A DNA stretch of 24,000 nucleotides, taken from the NCBI GenBank assembly GCA_963976055.1, contig CAXBJB010000006.1, positions 1,784 through 25,783 of the forward strand, read 5' to 3'. The DNA is from an uncultured Alphaproteobacteria bacterium (GTDB lineage: Bacteria; Pseudomonadota; Alphaproteobacteria; Rhodospirillales; Casp-alpha2). This document shows positions 8,691 to 17,122 of the stretch, in pieces. The translations under genes were made by a program, and so were the position numbers. The notes beneath the pieces are model-generated. The model was given only the letters and a program-made list of their open reading frames with translations, ran no database searches and had not been told where the DNA came from. Within the stretch, counting starts at the first letter, position 1. Each line of letters opens with the position of its first letter.

Positions 8691-9023
8691 CTAATAGCAC
8701 TGCTTGCGCGCCTCGCGGCACTGGGTCTGGCAGGCCTTGTCCGTGCCGCAGGCCGTGCGGCATTGCTTGAACAGGGTGCCGCAGTCCTTCTGTCCCTGGC
8801 CCATCCCCTGGCCCTGGTTGCCCGCCACGCCGCATTGCAGGGCGCAGGACGCCTTGGCGTCCGCCCCGTTCTGTTCGATACAGTTGCGGAAACACAGATG
8901 GCCCGGGCTTTGGCCCAACTGCTCGCCGTGAAAGTGCAGTTTGCCCGTGTCATGGGCGCCGACGGCGGCGGGCAAGGCCAGGGCGAACACGAAGATGGCA
9001 AGGGTGCCGAAAAGGGCTTTCAT
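8691..9023 (-). CDS. Secreted Cys-rich / His-rich small protein (110 aa precursor)
   Basis: The ATG at 9023 is preceded by GGGAG with 8-nt spacing. The signal peptide is MKALFGTLAIFVFALALPAAVGA/HDTG. The mature part has 10 Cys, including four CX3C motifs, and an N-terminal His cluster (HDTGKLHFHGE). Confidence 0.6.
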   Translation of the reverse strand: MKALFGTLAIFVFALALPAAVGAHDTGKLHFHGEQLGQSPGHLCFRNCIEQNGADAKASCALQCGVAGNQGQGMGQGQKDCGTLFKQCRTACGTDKACQTQCREARKQCY

Positions 9024-9212
9024 GGGTGCGTCTCCCGTTCTCATTCGGAGGGCATGTTAGCGCGCCCCGGCGCGGGCGGAAACCGGGCAGGCGTTCCGCC
9101 GCACGAGGGGGGTTCCGCCCGGCCCGCCGGGATTGTATACAATGATGATGAAGGGCGGCCCAGACCGCCCACCACCGGTGTAACGCCGGACCATGGGAGG
9201 AAAGCAAACACG

Positions 9213-9734
9213 ATGTCCACGCATCCCCACGATGAATGGTCGCAGGTTCTGTTCCGTCAGTTCAAGGACGCGGGCGTGGACCTGTTCACCTATATCCCCG
9301 ACGCCGGCAACGCGCGCCTGGCCGAATTGGCCGAGGAAGACAACGAAACCCGCTTGGTCCTGCTGACCACCGAGGAAGAGGGCGTCGCCATGGCGGCGGG
9401 CGCCGATCTGGTCGGCAAGAAATCGGTGCTGATGATGCAGTCGTCGGGCGTCGGCAACTGCCCCAACTATCTCAGCTTTTCCAAGGGCGGAAACTTTCCC
9501 TGCCTGATGATGGTCTCCATGCGCGGCGACTATGGCGAACAGAACCCCTGGCAGTACCCCATGGGTCAGGCCGTCGACAAAATCCTCGAAGCCATGGGCG
9601 TCGCGGTGTTCCACGTCGACCGCCGCGACGAGCTTGAGGCCGCCGCCCAGGCCGCCATCAACGCCGCCTTCCGCAACTGTCAGGGCGCCGCCCTGATCCT
9701 GACCCAGAAGTTTCTGGGCGCGAAGGCTTTCTAG
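9213..9734 (+). CDS. comD: TPP-dependent decarboxylase, alpha subunit (sulfopyruvate decarboxylase ComD-like)
   Basis: This 173-aa protein matches the N-terminal (pyrimidine-binding) TPP domain: FTYIPDAGNARL, LLTTEEEGVAMAAGA, MMQSSGVGNCPN. GGGAGG lies upstream of the ATG. The split-subunit organisation is typical of ComDE. Phosphonopyruvate decarboxylase cannot be excluded. Confidence 0.8.
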   Translation: MSTHPHDEWSQVLFRQFKDAGVDLFTYIPDAGNARLAELAEEDNETRLVLLTTEEEGVAMAAGADLVGKKSVLMMQSSGVGNCPNYLSFSKGGNFPCLMMVSMRGDYGEQNPWQYPMGQAVDKILEAMGVAVFHVDRRDELEAAAQAAINAAFRNCQGAALILTQKFLGAKAF

Positions 9735-9740
9735 GTTCAC

Positions 9741-9825
9741 CACTGAGACGGTGAGGCGGTGAGATGGGCATTGAGAAGCCGATTTTTTTTCCCCTTCTCA
9801 TTGCCTCACTGCCTCTGTGGCTCAA
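9741..9825. repeat. Long imperfect palindrome (stem-loop element) in the comD-comE spacer
   Basis: Base-by-base pairing:
- 9767-9778 pairs with 9794-9805 (11 of 12).
- A 4-nt bulge follows.
- 9753-9762 pairs with 9806-9815 (10 pairs including one G-U).
- 9744-9750 pairs partially with 9818-9824.
- The 15-nt loop contains T8.
- A T-rich tract (aaactttttctctt) follows the element. Confidence 0.7.
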
Positions 9826-9854
9826 ACTTTTTCTCTTCGGCCGGAGGCCATGAC

Positions 9855-10436
9855 ATGACCAAGATTACCCTCGACCGCCGCGACCTTCTGGCTCCCCTGT
9901 TCCCGGACCAGGATAACTGGCTGTTCGTCTCGGGCCTCGCCGGCTCATCCAAGGATGCCGCCGGGCTGACCAACGACGGCCCCAACCTGTTCACCATGGC
10001 GGGCTGCATGGGCTCCGCCGTCGCCACCGGCCTGGGCATGGCGCTCTCGGCCCCGGAAAAACAGGTCGCCGTCATCACCGGCGACGGCGAATTGCAGATG
10101 GGCCTGGGCTCACTCAACACGGTCGCGACGCAGGGCCCGGCCAACCTCACCATCGTCTGCATCGACAACGGCACCCATGGCGAGACGGGCGGCCAGGAAG
10201 GCCACACGGCGCAGCGCACCAACCTCGCGATGATCGCCCAGGGCTCGGGCATCGCAAGCGTCAAGGAAATCACCTCGGCCGATCAGATCGCCGACGCCCA
10301 CGACTTCATCCGCACGGCCCCCGGCCCGCGCTTCCTGTGGTGCCGCGTGCTGCCCGGCGACCCCACGGCGTTCAAGCGCAACTTCAACCCGGCGGAATGC
10401 CGGATTGCGTTTCGGAACGCGTATCTGTCGGCCTGA
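9855..10436 (+). CDS. comE: TPP-dependent decarboxylase, beta subunit (sulfopyruvate decarboxylase ComE-like)
   Basis: The TPP-binding motif GDGELQMGLGSLNTVATQGPANLTIVCIDNG (GDG...N) is present, and GGAGG lies upstream of the ATG at 9855. The upstream part of the track ORF (9759-9854) overlaps the palindromic spacer and is not supported. Confidence 0.8.
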   Translation: MTKITLDRRDLLAPLFPDQDNWLFVSGLAGSSKDAAGLTNDGPNLFTMAGCMGSAVATGLGMALSAPEKQVAVITGDGELQMGLGSLNTVATQGPANLTIVCIDNGTHGETGGQEGHTAQRTNLAMIAQGSGIASVKEITSADQIADAHDFIRTAPGPRFLWCRVLPGDPTAFKRNFNPAECRIAFRNAYLSA

Positions 10437-10479
10437 ACCTTGGGCGCCGGATCAGGGCGGCGGAAACGGACCGGACAGG

Positions 10480-11364
10480 ATGATGTTCGAAAATTTCAAA
10501 AGCAGGCGCATCGCCGCCAACGGCACGGAAATCAACTTGAGATGGGCCGGTGACGGCCCGCCGCTTTTATTGATCCACGGGTATCCGCAGAGCCATGTCA
10601 TGTGGCACAAGGTCGCCCCCGCCCTGGCCGAGACGTTCACGGTCGTCTGTCCGGATGTGCGCGGCTACGGCGACAGCGGCAAACCGCCATCGGACGACGA
10701 CCACCGCCCCTATTGCAAAAGCGAGCAGGCGCGGGATCTGGTCGAGGTCATGGCGGCGCTGGGCCATGAGACATTCCATGTCGCCGGCCACGACCGCGGC
10801 GGGCGGGTGGCCTATCGGCTGACCCTGGATCATCCCGACCGTGTGACAAGGCTGGCGGTGTTGGACATCGTGCCGACGGTGGAACAGTACGAACGCATGA
10901 AGGTCGGCGGCGCCCAGGCGTCCTTCCACTGGTATTTCCTGGCTCAGCCCGCCCCCTTGCCGGAACGGCTCATCGGCAACGATCCCGAATTCTTCCTGCG
11001 CCATGTCGCCGATAGCTGGACCAAGATCGACGGCTGTTTCGACGATGCCGCCATGGCGGAATATATCCGCTGTTTCGATCCGGCGATGATTCACGCAACC
11101 TGCGAAGACTACCGGGCCGGTTATGCCATCGACCGCAAGCTGGACGCCGCAGACCGGGCGGCGGGGCGTAAGATCACCTGCCCCGTCCTGGTGCTATGGG
11201 GCGACCGGGGCCGGCCCGATAAGCCCGTCTCGGTGCTGGATATCTGGAAAACCTGGGCTGATGACGTAACGGGCCACGGCGTCCCCGGCGGGCATTTCCT
11301 GCCCGAGGAATCGCCGGGCGAGACCCTGACGGCGTTGCGGGCATTTTTTGCCGGCGGCGCCTAG
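10480..11364 (+). CDS. Alpha/beta hydrolase, haloacetate (fluoroacetate) dehalogenase / epoxide-hydrolase-like subfamily
   Basis: It has LLLIHGYPQSHVMWHKV, the nucleophile-elbow motif VAGHDRGGRVAYR (Asp nucleophile with Arg at +1 and +4), FHWYFLAQP, and C-terminal GGHFLPEE. Substrate is not determinable from sequence. Confidence 0.85.
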   Translation: MMFENFKSRRIAANGTEINLRWAGDGPPLLLIHGYPQSHVMWHKVAPALAETFTVVCPDVRGYGDSGKPPSDDDHRPYCKSEQARDLVEVMAALGHETFHVAGHDRGGRVAYRLTLDHPDRVTRLAVLDIVPTVEQYERMKVGGAQASFHWYFLAQPAPLPERLIGNDPEFFLRHVADSWTKIDGCFDDAAMAEYIRCFDPAMIHATCEDYRAGYAIDRKLDAADRAAGRKITCPVLVLWGDRGRPDKPVSVLDIWKTWADDVTGHGVPGGHFLPEESPGETLTALRAFFAGGA

Positions 11365-11393
11365 GGCGGCCACGGACAAGGGGGCCAACCGCC

Positions 11394-11978
11394 TCAGCCC
11401 CGCCCCAGGGTATAAAATTCGTCGTTGGGCCGCATGGCGGTGAAGTTGGCCATGCGGTTCGACAGCGCGAAGAACGCCGCGATGGCGGCGATGTCCCAGA
11501 CGTCCTCGGCGTCGAAGCCGTGGGCCTTCAGGGCCTCCAGGTCCGCGTCCTCGACGGCGCCGGCGTCGCGCGACACCTTCATGGCGAAGTCCAGCATGGC
11601 GCGCTGGCGGGGCGATATGTTGGCTTTGCGGTAGTTCACGGCGACCTGATCGGCGATCAAGGGATTCTTCGCCCGGATGCGCAGGATCGCACCATGCGCG
11701 ACCACGCAGTACAGGCAATCGTTCCTGGCCGAGGTCGCGACCACGATCATCTCGCGCTCGGCCTTGGAAAGGCCCCCGTCCTTTTCCATCAGCGCGTCGT
11801 GATAGGCCATGAAGGCGCGCAGCTCCTCCGGCCGATGGGCCAACACCAAAAACACGTTGGGCACGAAGCCGGCCTTTTCCTGCACGGCCAAGATCATGTC
11901 GCGCAGGTCGTCGGGCAGGTCCATGACGTCCGGGACGGGGTAGCGGCTGATTCTCTTCGTTTCCTGGGAGGCGGTCAT
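11394..11978 (-). CDS. Peroxidase-related enzyme, carboxymuconolactone decarboxylase (AhpD-like) family
   Basis: It has LSKAEREMIVVATSARNDCLYCVVAHG (CxxC-containing AhpD core motif) and a C-terminal ALSNRMAN. Confidence 0.85.
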   Translation of the reverse strand: MTASQETKRISRYPVPDVMDLPDDLRDMILAVQEKAGFVPNVFLVLAHRPEELRAFMAYHDALMEKDGGLSKAEREMIVVATSARNDCLYCVVAHGAILRIRAKNPLIADQVAVNYRKANISPRQRAMLDFAMKVSRDAGAVEDADLEALKAHGFDAEDVWDIAAIAAFFALSNRMANFTAMRPNDEFYTLGRG

Positions 11979-12075
11979 GAGGCTGGCCTTTCGCTTGGAT
12001 ACTTCATTACGGGCTTACTAAGCTTCCGAGGCGCGGCCGGCATTGATGAATGTCATGCCACCACGGGACGGGCGG

Positions 12076-12104
12076 AAAATAAAAAGGCCGGGCATTGCCC
12101 GGCC
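12076..12104 (-). terminator. Intrinsic-terminator-like hairpin oriented on the minus strand, with no minus-strand gene upstream of it
   Basis: A perfect 8-bp GC stem, ggccgggc (12086-12093) / gcccggcc (12097-12104), has a 3-nt loop. On the minus strand it is followed by TTTTTATTTTCC. Confidence 0.55.
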
Positions 12105-13714
12105 TGTCCGCATTTCGAGGAGGCAATATGAGCTCAGTTACTCGTAAAAGACAAATGGGGCGAGTATATTGAGATTTGCTAAAATTCAGGCGTTTGAGGG
12201 GGGCCATGTTTCTTAAAAAGCATGATGTATCCGAAATTGATCCCGCTAACGTTTGGCAGGGAGATAAATTAAAACGAAAGCAAATCGCTGACTATTTGAC
12301 CCCCATTATCGCCAGCATCGATCAACCATTCGTTATTAGCTTGAACGCTGAGTACGGCATGGGGAAGACGGATTTCGTTAAACGATGGCAGTGCGATCTA
12401 AACAATCACGGCTTTAAGACTGCATATTTTAATGCTTGGGAAACTGATTTTTCCGAAAACGCTCTCGCCGCATTTATGTCTTCGCTGAAGTCACAATTGG
12501 TCGAGCAAGCCAAGGGAGTATCAAAAACAAAAATCAAAAACAGAATCAGCGAATTGGTTTCAAAATCTGGAGGGTTCATTCGTCATAAAGCTGGTCCGAT
12601 GCTTGCTCGTGTGATTGCTAGAAAATTAATTGGAGACGAGGAAATCAAGGCGCTCAAAGAATTTGAACTAAATGAAGAAGATATCGAAAATTTAACCTCG
12701 GCGATGGCCGAAGAGGCACTTGCAGCTCAAGAGGCTGCGGAAGTCTCAATGTCAGCATTTAGGAACGAAGTTGAGAAGCTTGTCGAGGAATTGACTAAGA
12801 ATGAGAACGACAAACAAAAGCGCAAATTGATTATCTTTGTCGACGAACTTGATCGTTGTAGGCCGAATTACGCCTTGGAGGTCCTGGAATCGATAAAACA
12901 TTTGTTTTCAGTTCCTGGTGTAATTTTTATTTTGGCTGTCGATGAAACCCAACTTAGAGAAACTGTGAAGACAATATACGGGTCTGACATGAACGGACCT
13001 GGTTATTTTTCAAGGTTTTTCGACTGGCGTTTCCAATTGCCCTTGCCGGACTACTATGCATTCGCAACCTACCTACTGTCTCTATACGGCCTTGAAGGGT
13101 CTGCCGGTTTTGAAAAGCCAGCGGAAGAAAACGACTTCTCTAATCCCCTCCAACTTACGGCTTGGTTCGCTGAAGCAGCGGAGTTTTTTATGCTTTCGCC
13201 GCGACAACAAATCAGGTGCTTTACCGAGATAAATTTGGTCATTCGTTCCGCGCCCACGGGGCAGATCCCACATTGTCCCGTATTGGGGTTACTTGTTGTT
13301 TTGAAGGCGGTTTACCCGAAGCAATGTCAGGATTTTTGCCTGGGCACAGGTAATGTTGCGGAGTCACGAGAATTAATTATGAGTAAAATATCGCAAATGA
13401 GAACTCCGAGTATTTTCAATTCGTCATTAGAATATAAATATATTGTTGGTGTATGGGAAATAGGGCGTAATCGTCTCAATAGTGTAGAAGAAGAAATTGA
13501 TAATTTGGAGACACAAGCTGGACTCAAGATTCAGCAATTGCGCTCAAAGGAACGAGCAAGGATATTAAATCTCGTTCATGTAAGAGACCATCTGAGAACG
13601 TCGTTCAGCACCCCAGGCTCAGGCAGTTTGCTTGCGGAAGTATATTCCCGACTCGAACGAGCGTCCGTGATTCTGAGACAATGACAGGCGCTTATTTTAT
13701 CGCCCATGCCCACC
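12105..13714. other. Low-GC insert (genomic islet) carrying the KAP NTPase
   Basis: Composition drops abruptly: 39 G+C in the first 100 nt of the KAP ORF by direct count, against clearly >60% in flanking genes. A-, T- and K/N/I-rich codon usage is seen nowhere else in the window. Confidence 0.7.
12206..13684 (+). CDS. KAP-family P-loop NTPase (492 aa)
   Basis: It has Walker A (LNAEYGMGKTDF), YFNAWETDF, Walker B (KLIIFVDELDRCRPNYALEVLESIKHLF), IFILAVDETQL, FFDWRFQLPLP and LSPRQQIRCFTEINL, which are the hallmark KAP motifs. The ATG at 12206 is preceded by GAGGGGGG. The TTG at 12176 is less likely. Confidence 0.9.
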   Translation: MFLKKHDVSEIDPANVWQGDKLKRKQIADYLTPIIASIDQPFVISLNAEYGMGKTDFVKRWQCDLNNHGFKTAYFNAWETDFSENALAAFMSSLKSQLVEQAKGVSKTKIKNRISELVSKSGGFIRHKAGPMLARVIARKLIGDEEIKALKEFELNEEDIENLTSAMAEEALAAQEAAEVSMSAFRNEVEKLVEELTKNENDKQKRKLIIFVDELDRCRPNYALEVLESIKHLFSVPGVIFILAVDETQLRETVKTIYGSDMNGPGYFSRFFDWRFQLPLPDYYAFATYLLSLYGLEGSAGFEKPAEENDFSNPLQLTAWFAEAAEFFMLSPRQQIRCFTEINLVIRSAPTGQIPHCPVLGLLVVLKAVYPKQCQDFCLGTGNVAESRELIMSKISQMRTPSIFNSSLEYKYIVGVWEIGRNRLNSVEEEIDNLETQAGLKIQQLRSKERARILNLVHVRDHLRTSFSTPGSGSLLAEVYSRLERASVILRQ

Positions 13715-13744
13715 AAAAAGGCCGCGCATCGAAGATACGCGGCC
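13715..13744. terminator. Shared (bidirectional) intrinsic terminator between the KAP NTPase and thiC; stronger on the minus strand
   Basis: The stem is ggccgcg (13720-13726) / cgcggcc (13738-13744), with an inner atc/gat helix. The minus strand reads the hairpin followed by TTTTTGG; the plus strand reads it followed by TTTCG. A second small hairpin, cccggg-ctat-cccggg, is at 13751-13766. Confidence 0.65.
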
Positions 13745-13805
13745 TTTCGTCCCGGGCTATCCCGGGTGCTAACTTGATGGTGGACGCCAAGGCGTCGCGG
13801 GTGAC

Positions 13806-15877
<2,072 letters not shown>

Positions 15878-15978
15878 AAGGGGAATCTGGGGGTTAACGC
15901 GGACGAGGTCAAGGGATTCCAGACCGCGGACGGGGATGACCTTCGTCCATATCGCCGATTATTTCGGATTCTGGTAAT

Positions 15979-16473
15979 ATGTCCGCCATGAAAAATGCTT
16001 TGGCCGTAACGGGTTGCCTGTTGCTTCTGGTTGTCGCCTGTTCGCCCGACGGCGATGATGGGGGACTGAAGGGGCGCGCCTGCGTGATGGACGGCGACAC
16101 CCTGATGATCGGCGGCACGCGCCGCCACACCAAATGCATCGAGGGCCAGATCGTCGATCTCTGGGGCATCACCGCCTTCGGTCTGGATCAGTTGTGCCCG
16201 CACCCGTCGGGACGGATGGTCCGCTGCGGCCTGTATGCCGCCGCGCAACTGCAGGAAAAGGTCAAGACCGGCGAGGTCCGTTGCGAGAAAAAGGAAAGCA
16301 AGTTCGGCGGGGTGATCGCGGCGCAATGCTTCCTCGGCGACGAGGACATCGGCCAGTACATGGTCGCCGGCGGCTTTGCCAGGGCCGACGCCTCGGCGAC
16401 CGAACGCTATACCGGCCACGAGGCCCAGGCCAAGGCCCAGCGCCGCGGCCTGTGGGAGACGGGCGCCAAGTAA
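15979..16473 (+). CDS. Staphylococcal-nuclease-fold (thermonuclease family) lipoprotein, catalytic motif apparently degenerate
   Basis: The lipobox LLLVVAC is present. SNase landmarks are VMDGDTL, then IVDLWGITAFG in place of vRLxGIDAPE, then SKFGG in place of DxYGR, and a C-terminal EAQAKAQRRGLWE. An alternative start is at 15988. Confidence 0.75.
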   Translation: MSAMKNALAVTGCLLLLVVACSPDGDDGGLKGRACVMDGDTLMIGGTRRHTKCIEGQIVDLWGITAFGLDQLCPHPSGRMVRCGLYAAAQLQEKVKTGEVRCEKKESKFGGVIAAQCFLGDEDIGQYMVAGGFARADASATERYTGHEAQAKAQRRGLWETGAK

Positions 16474-16534
16474 ACCGCCCCGCCCTTGTTTTGCCCGCTG
16501 GCCACACCCCCGGCCGCCGCCTAATATCGCTTCC

Positions 16535-17122
16535 ATGCTGTCGATCCGAAACCTCCGCGCCCGCCTGGTGCAGGTTGACGACCTGGACCTGGAAGCGGGC
16601 GACTGCATCGCCGTCATGGGACCCTCGGGCTCGGGGAAAAGTCTCATGCTGCGGGCGTTGGCCGACCTCGACCCGGCGGAGGGCGAGGTCACCCTGGACG
16701 GCCATGAACGCATGTCCATGACCGGCCCCGAGTGGCGCCGACAAGTGATGTATGTCGGCCCGGAATCGGGCTGGTGGGAAGACCGCGTCGGCGATCATTT
16801 CGAAGACCGGGAAGCGGTTACCGGCGTGCTCCGGCGCTTGGGATTCAAGGCCGAGACCCTGACCTGGCCCGTGTCGCGCCTGTCGACGGGCGAGCGCCAA
16901 CGCCTGGCCATCGCCCGCGCCTTCGACCGCGGGCCGCGCGTGCTGCTGCTCGACGAACCCACGGGGGCGTTGGATCAGGCGGCGACGGCCCTGGTCGAAG
17001 GGGTCATCCACGACTTCCTGATGGACGGCGGCATCGTGATCCTTGCGACCCATGCCAAGGAACAGGCGGCGCGGCTCGGCAAGCGGCTGTTGACCATGAC
17101 CGATGGCAGGCTGTCCGCATGA
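16535..17122 (+). CDS. fetA: ABC transporter ATP-binding protein, YbbL/FetA-like
   Basis: It has Walker A (GPSGSGKS), the signature LSTGERQR and Walker B (VLLLDEPTGALD). It is short at 195 aa and is paired with a UPF0014 permease, as in fetAB. The upstream part of the track ORF is not supported. Confidence 0.8.
   Translation: MLSIRNLRARLVQVDDLDLEAGDCIAVMGPSGSGKSLMLRALADLDPAEGEVTLDGHERMSMTGPEWRRQVMYVGPESGWWEDRVGDHFEDREAVTGVLRRLGFKAETLTWPVSRLSTGERQRLAIARAFDRGPRVLLLDEPTGALDQAATALVEGVIHDFLMDGGIVILATHAKEQAARLGKRLLTMTDGRLSA

Noticed and set aside
12007-12207. 66-aa minus-strand ORF upstream of the AhpD-like gene
   Set aside because: It reads straight through the strong minus-strand terminator hairpin at 12086-12104. 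It has P/R-rich nonsense-like composition and no SD.
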